Source: Methanobacteriota archaeon (GTDB lineage Archaea; Thermoplasmatota; E2; DHVEG-1). From it: a stretch of 64,000 nucleotides of DNA. The notes under the pieces are model-generated. The model worked only from the letters and a program-made list of their open reading frames with translations. It had not been told where the DNA came from and made no database searches. Of the stretch, positions 41,001-50,450 are shown in pieces (positions within the stretch are counted from its first letter, which is position 1; each line of letters starts with the position of its first letter). The DNA is taken from the NCBI GenBank assembly GCA_963769885.1, contig CAVYNH010000006.1:320001-384000 (forward strand). Reading direction: 5' to 3'. The translations under genes and the position numbers were made by a program.

Positions 41001-41924
41001 GTTCTTGGAGGCACCGACCATCTCCACCTGTTTGTTCACGGTGACGTGTTCAACGTACGTGCCCGGGTAGACGTAGACGGTGTCGAATTCGCCTGACGAT
41101 GCATTGTTGACTCCTTCTTGGACAGCGTGGACGTGCCAGTGGTCGTACCATTCCGGTGGTCGGTCGTCGTCGACATAGACCACGGTTGGGGGCCCGAACG
41201 TGATGAAGGTCCAGAGCGGCCCGACTGTCTTAGCGCTTTGGTTGTCCCAGGCGACGATCCGCCAGTAGTAGAGGGTTTTATTGCTCAGGGTTCCGGGGGG
41301 GTCGTACGATGCTACGGATTGGTTCGATGACACTTTCGGCGGTGGCGAGGTCGTTCCGAAGTAGACGTCGTAGGTGAGAGGGCCACCTTCCGGGTCCTCA
41401 CAGGTCCAGCTCAGGTTCGTGTTGTTTGAGATGCCGGTGGCGCCGTTGGCTGGGCTGGGGTTTGACGGATTCCGGGGGGGATCATTGACGCCCAAGGTGA
41501 GATTGAGTTGGGTGGTAGCGCTCTGTTTGAAGTACGAGATTTCGCCGCAGTAGTGGTTATTGATCCAGAAGGTGATAAGGAGGCCGTTCTGGGCGTTGAC
41601 GCCGGCGCAGTCCAGTTTTGGGTCGGGGACGCCGTAGTAGCCTGCCTGGGTGGTATAGATCGGGTTGTTTGTTCCGTTGGCAATCGGTGGTGGCCCGCGG
41701 GCGTTGACTTTTGTTCCAACTGGTGCTGGAGAGCCATTAATACTGATGGTCCCGTAGAAATAGTTGTGGTACATGGGTGGTAAAGGACCACCTTTTGTGG
41801 TTCTTTCAACTCCAACTGCGTTGCTTGTGTCAAATTTCGCGAACACACCTGCCCCTGGTAGGATGAATGCTAAAGCAATAGCGACTGCGATGGCCGCCTT
41901 TAGCATCGCCGATTTTTTTCTCAT
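38007..41924 (-). CDS. Large secreted beta-helix (NosD-like) protein with FN3-like and three OmpL47-type Ig repeats
   Basis: Signal peptide; Asn/Cys-rich beta-helix repeats; GNFWSDY.G.D..GDGIGD.PY; Ig repeats. Confidence 0.9.
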   Translation of the reverse strand: MRKKSAMLKAAIAVAIALAFILPGAGVFAKFDTSNAVGVERTTKGGPLPPMYHNYFYGTISINGSPAPVGTKVNARGPPPIANGTNNPIYTTQAGYYGVPDPKLDCAGVNAQNGLLITFWINNHYCGEISYFKQSATTQLNLTLGVNDPPRNPSNPSPANGATGISNNTNLSWTCEDPEGGPLTYDVYFGTTSPPPKVSSNQSVASYDPPGTLSNKTLYYWRIVAWDNQSAKTVGPLWTFITFGPPTVVYVDDDRPPEWYDHWHVHAVQEGVNNASSGEFDTVYVYPGTYVEHVTVNKQVEMVGASKNTVIIDGSGTGNVMYITSSRLNVSGFTLKNGASGLLFLASTPYVNNVTVRDCITYGNTRAGIDISRATNSRVINCTVHDIHNLVGTTTVGLGIYALACTNCEILDNEIYNCTGSTPPTVCPLYSGCGIFLTTSTNCTLHNNTIYNNQYNFRMMGNAVQYYDSNHIDTSNIINGKPLYYLVNQQDQVLDGAVTDIGLLALIHCNNITVQNFQNSNNGAGILIIGSTNCLIKDCTFSASVYGIYLYVRAANNTIMNCTSYGNNNAESTGVRTQDDSSYNTIINCSLHDNYQTGYWSQGNVNNSIIGCNIYNNGLTGTNTNFVGIRFDYQTHNNLVKDCNIYNNRYGVMCYSYCGGTRIYHNNIGFNVVNNGYDACTGTYINYWDNGSEGNFWSDYTGIDANGDGIGDTPYTIPGGAARHDNYPLMNPRDTIPPVITAVQATPDVQNTTRPVNISCTVTDNWNRVKTVTVHITDPNGFTHDATMTGHYYYNHTYSTMGIYYYHIRANDTSGNIAISSTYFFTITEFDKPTSSVSPLPTWELAAPFNILATAYDNTGVANVTLWYRYSPHGTNWTAWTAYSTDYTWPWSWSFNGSNGFYQYYSIAIDTQGNVQTTPGGAQASTGLDTVNPVTTIIINGTLGDNTWYTSNVTVTLTATDALSGIDTTWYKVDTGWNIYTAPFAITTPGQHTVQYYSIDHAGHQETTHSQTLKIDKLAPTTTIDIQGLIGIHGTYVTNVTIFLNTTDATSGVNATMYKINTANWTAYGGPITITADGNYTFSYYSKDLAGNIEATKQAIFTIAHDTTPPVTTSTLSGTMGDNNWYVSAVSITLTATDDSAGIAVTKYKLDDDPWTTYTVPFLVTEDAIHTLTYYSIDKCGNKEDNKTVTFKSDRTKPTITLTVNRTGLIRWLLNATVADATSGIARVDFYIDGNFIGTVNETPYVFRYSGSGNVAQAIVYDNAGNTGTSAQVTPSSTGQGSSGSTQGSPSNPSTNPTKQLVGLK

Positions 41925-41972
41925 AGTTTCTCACTTTTTTTCATATTTTTAGGATTCTGTAGGGATTACGCC

Positions 41973-43265
41973 CTACATCGTCATGCCTGTCCCTCGAATG
42001 AAGAAGAGATACACGAATGCGTCTTGCTGGGCTGTGGCCGTGGAGTCCGCGATCTCAGCGGTGACGTTTATTGTGATTGGCCCATAGCCGAGGATGATGT
42101 TGGAGCTGATGATTCGCATGGCTCCCGGTTCAAGGTCCACGATTCTGCCTGAGGTCTTCCTGCCACAGAGGAGGGAGCCGTTTGAGATGGTGATTTTCCA
42201 GGCAATCCCGACGCCTGGGGCAGTCCCGTTGTTGAAGATTCTTACCTTGACCCTGAAGAGCCCGCCGGTGATGTTGCCGATCTCAAGAACCGGTTTTTCG
42301 AGGGTCATAATGCGGATGGTCTTGGGTTCCGACCAATTGCTTTCTTCTCTGTGGGGGTCTTTAGCCTTGACCGTGATGCTGTAGTTTCCCGTCGCCGTCC
42401 AGTTGTGGGTTGCGAACGCCGTCGCCCCTGATGCAACGGGACCTTGCCAGTCGCTCGTAGTCCCATCGCCCCAGTCCCAGAAATAATACAGGGGTTCCCC
42501 CTCCGGGTCTGTTGAGTTTGTTGAGAAGGTGTACTCCTGGCCGACAAGGCCTTCCGAGAACCCTGCGGGCTGCTGGGGCGTCTCCGGAGGCAGCGAAGGC
42601 TCCTCGATGCCTGCCCAGATGTTCCAGTTATAATCAAGGAAAAAAGGTCCTCCTCCTTGAATAGTCTGAAGTTCTATCCAATGCGTCCCATCGTAGATCC
42701 AGTCCCCCTTGCCGTCAACCGCAAACTGATTATCCACTCCGAGAGGGTATTCACCAGGGACCTGATTAATCTGAATAGAAACCCAGATGTCGTGTGAAGC
42801 GTTCAGCCTCACGAAATGCGAGAGCGGTATTTCCTTCCATCCCATCCCGGTGACCGTATAGGGCTCGGTTGTGATCAATGCCCCAGGCGAGGTCGGGGTG
42901 CCTTCCCCGTAAATCTTAATCATGCCAGAGTGCTGAGGGTTTGTTGTCACGTAATGGAACCATTTCACGGTACACAGCTTCCATCCGTTATACCCGCCGA
43001 GTTCGTCAGGGGTTATCCGTATCGCGCCTTCCCAGGTGCTGATAGTTGATCCGATAGCATTCGAGTTGACGCCATTATCAAAATGAATCCACATGCCGTT
43101 GAATACCGGTGCCTGGAGGGATGATCCCCTATAATCATGGCACTCGCAGAAGACTGCCGTACTTGGTTGAGAATTTGTTGCGCCGATGAGCGTTGGGAAA
43201 ACGCTTGAGATCATGAGGAAAACGCCTAATTCACACACAATTTTCGTACTGATTCTGTTCTTCAT
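41973..43265 (-). CDS. Secreted PKD domain protein with shared C-terminal domain
   Basis: Signal peptide; WDWGDG..SDW; YSITVKAKD. Confidence 0.85.
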   Translation of the reverse strand: MKNRISTKIVCELGVFLMISSVFPTLIGATNSQPSTAVFCECHDYRGSSLQAPVFNGMWIHFDNGVNSNAIGSTISTWEGAIRITPDELGGYNGWKLCTVKWFHYVTTNPQHSGMIKIYGEGTPTSPGALITTEPYTVTGMGWKEIPLSHFVRLNASHDIWVSIQINQVPGEYPLGVDNQFAVDGKGDWIYDGTHWIELQTIQGGGPFFLDYNWNIWAGIEEPSLPPETPQQPAGFSEGLVGQEYTFSTNSTDPEGEPLYYFWDWGDGTTSDWQGPVASGATAFATHNWTATGNYSITVKAKDPHREESNWSEPKTIRIMTLEKPVLEIGNITGGLFRVKVRIFNNGTAPGVGIAWKITISNGSLLCGRKTSGRIVDLEPGAMRIISSNIILGYGPITINVTAEIADSTATAQQDAFVYLFFIRGTGMTM

Positions 43266-43289
43266 TTCTTCCCCTTCTGGTCTTGTCAA

Positions 43290-43640
43290 AAGTCTTATTT
43301 AATTCCTCTAAGTCCCGCCTCCGTTAATTATTGATAATGCAGAACCCACTATTTAAAATTTATTGAATTTTTAAAATATTTTTAACAATATAATAAAGTA
43401 TAAATTGTATAATAATGGAATATAGATTGTTAATTAAAAGATAAGAAAGGAACGGAAGGCCAATTTTTCAAAATAGATTTTCGCATGATATATGATATAT
43501 AAACTTTGTTAATGCTAAGTATATAATTTATTAAACTTTACTTTACATAATATATAATTTATAAAGTAATATTCACACTAGATATATAACATAGAAAGCA
43601 ACTGCCTGAAGCCATTAAAGAAAGATTTATTATCGACCAT
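43290..43640. other. Very AT-rich divergent intergenic region
   Basis: Nearly all A/T, with ATATAATTT and ATATATG repeats, in a GC-rich context. Confidence 0.7.
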
Positions 43641-43667
43641 CCCCCTCCTCCATGCCAATACCTGGAG

Positions 43668-44168
43668 GTGCGGGACATCGGACTATTTAGAAAAGACCAG
43701 ATGACACTCCAACTCGAAAAATACAGCTTTTCCCCTGGTGAAATCGTCAAAGGATACGTCAAACTCAGCCTGCGCAAACCATTGCAAGGCCGCAAAATCA
43801 CCGTCTCCCTCCGCTGTACACGCATCGACACGGTCATGGTCCGCACCTACAACTCCAAGGGCGTCCCCTCGTCTCATATGGAGAAGGTCAAGACCATCTT
43901 GTATAACTTCGATCTGCCGCTCGATGAGGAGAACACCTATTTCAGCGAGATGTACCCCTTCGAGATCACGATCCCGCCGGACATCCTCAGCACCATCGAC
44001 ATCCGGCCCGCGGTTCACGAGATCAAGGTCTTCGGCCACTCCATCCCGATTTCCCCCGGTGGCGCGCCGCTCAGCACCGTCATCGAATGGGCGGTCGCCG
44101 GCCAGCTGGATGTCCCCTTGAAAATCGACGTCCGCGCCGAGCAGCAGGTCGTCCTCTCACCCCGATAA
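43668..44168 (+). CDS. Arrestin-N/Vps26/SpoOM-like protein
   Basis: FSPGEIVKGYVKL..ITVSL..YPFEITIP..W.V...LDVP. Confidence 0.7.
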   Translation: MRDIGLFRKDQMTLQLEKYSFSPGEIVKGYVKLSLRKPLQGRKITVSLRCTRIDTVMVRTYNSKGVPSSHMEKVKTILYNFDLPLDEENTYFSEMYPFEITIPPDILSTIDIRPAVHEIKVFGHSIPISPGGAPLSTVIEWAVAGQLDVPLKIDVRAEQQVVLSPR

Positions 44169-44223
44169 CAACTCAAGAAGAGGCGAAACCTGTATTAACA
44201 AGTGGCCTATTACGAGACCACCC

Positions 44224-44655
44224 ATGATGAGGATCACCGCGATAAAACTAAAGACCATCGAAGCACGCCGCTACGTCGACCCTGACGAGAAGCCCCGCCA
44301 GATCCGCATCGACCACAACAGCCAGATCACCCAGGTCACCAGCACCACCGACAAGGCACTGACCCTGGAGTTCCAGTACAGCGCGAGCTACGGGCCCATC
44401 GGCATGATCAAGCTGGAAGGCAGCCTCCTCTGCGAGGAGGACGACGCCCGCAAGATCGCCAAAGAATGGATGGACACCCGCAAGATGCCGGACCAGTTCG
44501 CCAGCGCCATCCACACCGCGGTCATGCACGCCTGCGTCCCCGAAGCCGTCGGCATCGCCAAAGACCTCGGCCTGCCGCCCCCCATCCCGCTGCCGCAGGT
44601 CAAGCTCAACACCAGCACCAAACCCGGTCAGACCGGCGGCATGGAAGTCGCCTAA
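44224..44655 (+). CDS. Hypothetical protein
   Basis: Intact ORF with matching codon bias; ends LPPPIPLPQV. Confidence 0.8.
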   Translation: MMRITAIKLKTIEARRYVDPDEKPRQIRIDHNSQITQVTSTTDKALTLEFQYSASYGPIGMIKLEGSLLCEEDDARKIAKEWMDTRKMPDQFASAIHTAVMHACVPEAVGIAKDLGLPPPIPLPQVKLNTSTKPGQTGGMEVA

Positions 44656-44718
44656 CATCCCGTCCCCCTCCGCTTTTCCCTACTTTTTAATACACCAGCC
44701 ACGATACTGCACTGGAGT

Positions 44719-45393
44719 ATGAACACGGTCGTCGCCTCCGTCGGCGGCTCCATCGTCGTCTCCGACGAGCCCAACATCCAATACCTCGGCAACCTCGCCG
44801 CCCTCCTCAAACGCGTCAGCAAATTCTGCCGCCTCTACGTCATCGTCGGCGGAGGCAAGATCGCCCGACGCTACATCACCCTCGGCCGCGACCTGGGCTT
44901 CGACGAAGACCGCCTCGACCAGCTCGGCATCGACGTCACCAGGGTCAACGCCCGCGTCATCGCCTACCTCCTCGGCACCTCCAACACCGAGATCCCCCAT
45001 ACCACCGATGAGGCCATCCGCCTCACAACCCCCATCGTGGTCATGGGAGGCACCGACCCCAAACACAGCACTGACCAAGTCGGGGCGGAGCTCGCGGAAA
45101 AGACCCATGCGGTCCGCTTCATCAACGCCACCAACGTCGACGGCATCTACGACAAAGACCCCAACAAATACCCGGACGCCCGGCAGCTCAAAGAAGTCAC
45201 GATCGACCAGCTCATCGCCCAGTACGGGACCAGCTGGGGCGCCGCAGGGAAAAACATCTTCATGGACGAGCCGGCGCTCGCCATCATCAAACGCGCCAGG
45301 ATCCCCACCCTCGTAGTCAACGGGAAGAGACTCGACCAATTCGAGAAGGCGCTGCTCGGCCAGCCTTTCGACGGCACCCGCATCCAAGTCTAA
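44719..45393 (+). CDS. pyrH: Uridylate kinase
   Basis: SVGGS, VGGGKIAR.YI, HSTD, TNVDGIY.KDP. Confidence 0.95.
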   Translation: MNTVVASVGGSIVVSDEPNIQYLGNLAALLKRVSKFCRLYVIVGGGKIARRYITLGRDLGFDEDRLDQLGIDVTRVNARVIAYLLGTSNTEIPHTTDEAIRLTTPIVVMGGTDPKHSTDQVGAELAEKTHAVRFINATNVDGIYDKDPNKYPDARQLKEVTIDQLIAQYGTSWGAAGKNIFMDEPALAIIKRARIPTLVVNGKRLDQFEKALLGQPFDGTRIQV

Positions 45394-45412
45394 GGAGAAT
45401 CCCCGCCGATTA

Positions 45413-46600
45413 TTATTCGAAGATGTTCTTGATCATCCACTCCGGGTCGAACGGAATCTGATCCTCATAGCCCTGGCCGACGCCCACGAACAGGAGCGGC
45501 TTGCCGATTGTGTACGCAATCGACAGGCTGCTGCCGCCCTTGGCATCCGCATCCACCTTGGTGAGGATGACGCCGTCAATGCCGACGACCTCATTGAACC
45601 GCTTCGCCTGCTCCACCGCGTCGTTACCGGAGAGTGCGTCGCCGACGAAGATGATCAGGTCCGGCTTGGCGATCCGCTTGATCTTCGCCATCTCATCCAT
45701 GAGATTGGCATTCGTCTGCATCCGCCCAGCGGTATCCAGCAGCACGACGTCTTTGTGCTTCGCGGCCGCATGCTCAATCGCGTCGAACGCGACCGCCGCG
45801 GGGTCCGCCCCGGGCCCATGCTTGATGATCTTGACGCCGACGCGGTCCGCATGGATGCTCAGCTGCTCGATAGCCCCCGCGCGGAACGTGTCGCCGGCGG
45901 CCATCACGCAGGTCTTCCCCTTCTTCTGCAACAGCGCCGCCATCTTCGCGATCGACAGGGTCTTCCCCGTGCCGTTGACGCCGACGAACATGATCACGAT
46001 CGGCTTCTCATGCGTCTCCAAAAACGTGTCGAAGTTGAAGTTGTTGGACTGCAGGATATGAGCGATGGCATGCTTCAAGACGGTCTCGATGAAATCCCCG
46101 GCCTTCGTCTTATCAAACGGCAGGGTGGAGATCTCGTTGCGGATGTCTTTCTTGATTGAATCGATGACGCTATAGGCGACATCCGCCTCCAGCAGCCCCA
46201 TCTCGAGGTCCCAAAGGAGCTCATCCAGTTTCTTTTGATCGATCATCCGCGACGGCTTCTTCTCCGTCGTCACGGTCTGTTCGATGCTGCGGCGGGTGGC
46301 GACCGCGCGCTGCAGCTCGGACTCGATGCCCTCCTGAATCTGGCGGTCCTGCTGCTCCGCCCTGGTCTGCGCCGGCGGCGACGGCTCCTTCCGGAGTCGG
46401 AAGGCGCGGCGCCGGGTCGGCTCCACAGGAGCCGGCTCGGGTTGCGATACCGGCTTCGGCTCCGGTTTAACTTCGGGGGCTGGTACTGGTTCAGGCTGCA
46501 CCGCGGCTTCTTTCGTCGCGTCTTTTTTCAGCTCAGCCTCGATCTCGTCTTCAAGGTTCTTCTCAAAAATTTTGAGCTTCTTCTTCAGAAAATTGAACAT
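45413..46600 (-). CDS. ftsY: SRP receptor FtsY
   Basis: GVNGTGKT, DTFRAGA, DTAGR, TKVDADAKGG. Confidence 0.98.
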   Translation of the reverse strand: MFNFLKKKLKIFEKNLEDEIEAELKKDATKEAAVQPEPVPAPEVKPEPKPVSQPEPAPVEPTRRRAFRLRKEPSPPAQTRAEQQDRQIQEGIESELQRAVATRRSIEQTVTTEKKPSRMIDQKKLDELLWDLEMGLLEADVAYSVIDSIKKDIRNEISTLPFDKTKAGDFIETVLKHAIAHILQSNNFNFDTFLETHEKPIVIMFVGVNGTGKTLSIAKMAALLQKKGKTCVMAAGDTFRAGAIEQLSIHADRVGVKIIKHGPGADPAAVAFDAIEHAAAKHKDVVLLDTAGRMQTNANLMDEMAKIKRIAKPDLIIFVGDALSGNDAVEQAKRFNEVVGIDGVILTKVDADAKGGSSLSIAYTIGKPLLFVGVGQGYEDQIPFDPEWMIKNIFE

Positions 46601-46634
46601 AGATACTCCGAACTCTCTCGTGAAACAGTGGGGA

Positions 46635-47054
46635 TTATTTTTGTGCGGCTTCCATCATCTGCTGGGTCTTCTGGGACAGCTCGGAGGCCTCGGTCTGCAG
46701 CCGGGACGCGAGCTGGTACACCCGCTCCTGGTTGTCCTGGATCCGCTTGATGTGCTCATCGAGCTTGGCGATCGCCTCCTGTGGCGTCTTCTCCATGACG
46801 TAGCCGGCGCCGATGCTGACCAGCGTCGCCTTGGTGTTCGTCAGGCTGCCGTTGAGGTACACGCCGCCGCCCGCCGGGATCAGAATCTCGTTCTTCCCCT
46901 CAGCCTTAGGGAGCTGGTCCACCGTCAGACGGGCACGCTGGTAGTCCGCGAGCGCGGACTGCAGCATCTGCAGCTGCAGATCGAGTGAGTCAATCTGCTG
47001 TTTGTAGTACTCGATAAGCGTCAGGTTCCGGGTGATCTCATCCTCTTGCGCCAT
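46635..47054 (-). CDS. pfdA: Prefoldin alpha subunit
   Basis: Coiled coils flanking EILIPAGGGVY..LVSIGAGY.MEK; adjacent to ftsY. Confidence 0.93.
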   Translation of the reverse strand: MAQEDEITRNLTLIEYYKQQIDSLDLQLQMLQSALADYQRARLTVDQLPKAEGKNEILIPAGGGVYLNGSLTNTKATLVSIGAGYVMEKTPQEAIAKLDEHIKRIQDNQERVYQLASRLQTEASELSQKTQQMMEAAQK

Positions 47055-47244
47055 AGCCGCGACGCCCCCCAATCCCAGATGGCCGGGATAGTGAAAGCAC
47101 CCTCTAACCACCAACGTAGTATTAATATCTTCTCCCCTCCTGTTGATGCCGTCTCAGGGCGACCGCCGCCGGCGCACCGCCATAAAATATATAAACGCAG
47201 ATGCTGATTTTGCGGCTCGAGGAGAAACAGGAGAGAGGATACAC

Positions 47245-47316
47245 GTGGAGTTTAGTCGAGAGTTCGTAGAGAAGTTCTCTGAGATCTTCTTCTGCGAGAA
47301 TCTCAGAGACTTCTGA
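47245..47316 (+). CDS. Candidate 23-aa microprotein MEFSREFVEKFSEIFFCENLRDF within a structured transcript
   Basis: TATA near 47188, purine-rich SD, GTG start, TGA stop, T8 terminator. Confidence 0.4.
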   Translation: MEFSREFVEKFSEIFFCENLRDF

Positions 47317-47394
47317 ATATTCACCCCCCTCTCTTCCCTCTTTTTTTTAGATTGCTTTAAAAAACACCCCGCCTGTACCCCAACCCGACAGGCT

Positions 47395-48024
47395 ATGCAC
47401 ATCCTCGCGGCCGCCGACATCCACGGCTCCCAACACCGCCTCAACCTCATCCTCGGCCAAATCACCAAGCAGCGGCCGGACCTCGTCATCCTCTGCGGCG
47501 ACCTCACCCAATACGGGCCAGCCGAGACCGCCACCGCCTTCCTCAACCAGATCCCTGTTCAGACGCTCGCCGTCCCCGGCAACATCGACACGCCGGACGT
47601 CGGCGACGGCATCACCCACAGCAACGCCACCAACATCGACCGCCGCCGCGTCATCATCAACGGCATCCCGTTCATCGGCCTCGGCGGACGGCCCTCCCCC
47701 AACATCGCCGCCGCCCCCATCCAGACGGGTGACGGCACAAAACCGATCGAAGAACTCCTTGATGCGTCCTCCGTCCTTGTCACGCACGTGCCGCCCTACA
47801 AGACGATGGACCGCATGGCGCTCGGACCGCACGGCGGCAACAAGGGCCTGCGGCGGCTCGTCGAGGACCGCCAGCCCCGCCTCGTCCTCTCCGGCCACAT
47901 CCACGAGGACCCTGGCATCGCCCACGTTGGCGCGACCATGGTCATAAACTGCAGCCTCGCCCGACGCTACGAAGGCGCCCTCATCGTCATCGACGACGCT
48001 GTCACCGCGACCATGCTTGACTAA
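47395..48024 (+). CDS. Metallophosphoesterase
   Basis: ADIHG, CGDLT, PGNID, THVPP, SGHIHE. Confidence 0.93.
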   Translation: MHILAAADIHGSQHRLNLILGQITKQRPDLVILCGDLTQYGPAETATAFLNQIPVQTLAVPGNIDTPDVGDGITHSNATNIDRRRVIINGIPFIGLGGRPSPNIAAAPIQTGDGTKPIEELLDASSVLVTHVPPYKTMDRMALGPHGGNKGLRRLVEDRQPRLVLSGHIHEDPGIAHVGATMVINCSLARRYEGALIVIDDAVTATMLD

Positions 48025-48065
48025 GAAAACCAAAGGAAAAAGAGAGAGTGCTTCTGAGAGTTTTT

Positions 48066-49172
48066 CTATGAGGCTTGCTTGGTAGGCTGTTCAAGCCTGA
48101 TCGTCTGCGTTGGAAACGCAAGTGCGATCCCCTCCTTGCGGAAGGCCTCCAGGATCCCGAAGTTGATCTGCTCCTGCACATCCATGAACACCGTATAGTC
48201 CGCGGAATCGATGGTGTACATCCCCTCGAACACGATGCTGTAGTCCGCCAGGCTCTTCAGATGCACCCGCTGCAGCGTCGTCTTCGGACACCCCTGAATC
48301 ACCTCGGTGACGAGCTGCCGGACGCGCCGCAGCTTCTCGATCGGCGTCCCGTACTCGACCCCGAGCTTGAAGATCACCGTCCGTTTCTCCAGCCGCTTGA
48401 AGTTCTGGATGTTCTTCTCCAGGATCGCCTTGTTCGAGACGACCAGCTCCTCGCCCTGCACGGTCTTGATCCGCGTCGACCGCATGCTCACATGCGTGAC
48501 CGTCCCCCCGAACTCCCCGATCTGGATGAAATCCCCGATTTCAAACGGCTTATCGAAATAGATGAAGAACGCGCTGAACATATCCGACAAGACGTTCTGC
48601 AGCGCGAACGCGATCGCGATCCCTCCGACCCCCAACCCCAGGACCGCCCCCGTCAAGTTCACCCCACTTAGAATCAAGATCGCCATCAACGCGCCGAGGT
48701 ATACGATGAAGTGCAGCAACTTGCGGAACACCGTCATGATGTTCGCGCTCAACACCTTCCCCCGACGGCGGGCCTGACGCTCCACGTACCAGGCGATGAA
48801 CACGTTAATGATCCGCGTGAAAATGAAAGCGATCAGGAAGACCTCAAGGGCCATGAACCCAAACCCGATGAACCTCTCATACGGCATCAACGCCGTGACC
48901 TGATACACCCCGTAGTAGAACCCGACCAGCATCACCAGAAAATAGATCGGCTTCTTCACGTTCTTGATGATCTCGTCATCCAGCGTCGTCGCCGTCTTCT
49001 TCGCAAGCCTGGTCAGATACCGCTCCACGAAATGGTACACCAAGAACCCGACCAACACCGACACCGCGAAGAAGATCAACGCCGCGAGAATCTCACCAAA
49101 GATCGGATCGACAGAAATCTTACCTTCACGCAGCAGCTGGTTGATGATCTGGGACAGACTAAAGAGCTCCAT
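48066..49172 (-). CDS. mscS: Small-conductance mechanosensitive channel
   Basis: GIAIAFALQ, KPFEIGD, RSTRI, AFPTQ. Confidence 0.94.
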   Translation of the reverse strand: MELFSLSQIINQLLREGKISVDPIFGEILAALIFFAVSVLVGFLVYHFVERYLTRLAKKTATTLDDEIIKNVKKPIYFLVMLVGFYYGVYQVTALMPYERFIGFGFMALEVFLIAFIFTRIINVFIAWYVERQARRRGKVLSANIMTVFRKLLHFIVYLGALMAILILSGVNLTGAVLGLGVGGIAIAFALQNVLSDMFSAFFIYFDKPFEIGDFIQIGEFGGTVTHVSMRSTRIKTVQGEELVVSNKAILEKNIQNFKRLEKRTVIFKLGVEYGTPIEKLRRVRQLVTEVIQGCPKTTLQRVHLKSLADYSIVFEGMYTIDSADYTVFMDVQEQINFGILEAFRKEGIALAFPTQTIRLEQPTKQAS

Positions 49173-49256
49173 AGACTGGATACCCCTCCTGCCCCAAAAG
49201 AAAAAACCCCTACATAAGCCTTTCCCGAACCACCCACAAACAAGACCAGGAAACTC

Positions 49257-50345
49257 CTACCCGATCTCCTCCAACACAATCGCCCGCTCCGGACAGACCT
49301 CCTGACAACAATAACACCGGATGCACCCTCCCAAGTCAATGGACGCCCGCCCCTCCGTGATGCGGATCACCTGCCGCGGGCAGACCCGCACGCAATCCCC
49401 ACACGCGGTACACCGCTGCATGACCCGCGGGCTCTTCGTTGGTGCAAGCCTCCCCGTCGACAGCCGCTCCGCGGTCTTCGGCAACACAAAACCATGGAAC
49501 GCCACATCTCCTGGAGACAGCAACGGATACTCGATATCCCCCGGCCATAGGCCGCGAAGCCGCGCCTGACGCAACACTGGCACGCTCACCGGCTCTACCC
49601 CCAGCATCCTGCACACCGCCAGATCCAGACTGACGACATCCCGTGACGCCATCATCACCCCCAGGTGCACCGGCGTCCCGGAACTCCCCGGCCCCTCGCC
49701 CTGCATACCCACCACTCCATCCAGAACATTCAAGGCGGGCGGCACCACGGACACCACGTCCAGCAGCATGTCCGCGAACGCGGCCCTCCGCATGTACATT
49801 GAGTGGTACCGCGGCTTCGTCAACCCAGGCACCACCCCGTACATGTTCTTGACCCCCAGCGTCAGGATCTGGAACGAATGCGTCTTGATCTTCGGCAGCG
49901 ACACAATCACATCAGCCCTCCGCACGTACGACGCGAGATTCACTGACGATAGCGCCTTCCCGCCGGGGACCGCGACTTTCTCCGACCCCGTGTCGTAATT
50001 CAGCTCGACGCCTAGCTCACGGCTCAGATCAAGCAGTCCGGCCTTTCGGTACACCCGCGTCAGCCGCCTTTTCGTGAACGGCCCTGCCGGCGAATCCCCG
50101 ATGAACGGCGTCGCCCCCGCCCGCAGCACCGCCTCCGCCACTATCCGCACCAGACGCGGGTCCGTCACGATCGCCTGGTCCGGCGTGCTCGCACTCAGCA
50201 GATTCACCTTCAACAGCACCCGCTGGCCTCTCTTCACAAACGACGAGAGCCCGCCCAGCGGATCCAGCAATCCTTCAAGGTCCACAGACTCGTACTCTGC
50301 CCTCTGGATACAGACCATGGGATTTGACGGAGACGTCGACGGCAT
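49257..50345 (-). CDS. DUF362 plus 2x[4Fe-4S] protein
   Basis: LPKIKTH, KNMYG, GEGP; two CxxCxxC..CP motifs. Confidence 0.92.
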   Translation of the reverse strand: MPSTSPSNPMVCIQRAEYESVDLEGLLDPLGGLSSFVKRGQRVLLKVNLLSASTPDQAIVTDPRLVRIVAEAVLRAGATPFIGDSPAGPFTKRRLTRVYRKAGLLDLSRELGVELNYDTGSEKVAVPGGKALSSVNLASYVRRADVIVSLPKIKTHSFQILTLGVKNMYGVVPGLTKPRYHSMYMRRAAFADMLLDVVSVVPPALNVLDGVVGMQGEGPGSSGTPVHLGVMMASRDVVSLDLAVCRMLGVEPVSVPVLRQARLRGLWPGDIEYPLLSPGDVAFHGFVLPKTAERLSTGRLAPTKSPRVMQRCTACGDCVRVCPRQVIRITEGRASIDLGGCIRCYCCQEVCPERAIVLEEIG

Positions 50346-50450
50346 AGTCCAGCCCACAACCCTGCAACGCTCTTAAACCTATCAGTCTTCAGCCGGCCTT
50401 CGAAGGTTTTTTAGAATCCAACAATGATGCAGGAGCCAAGCGTGGTATCT

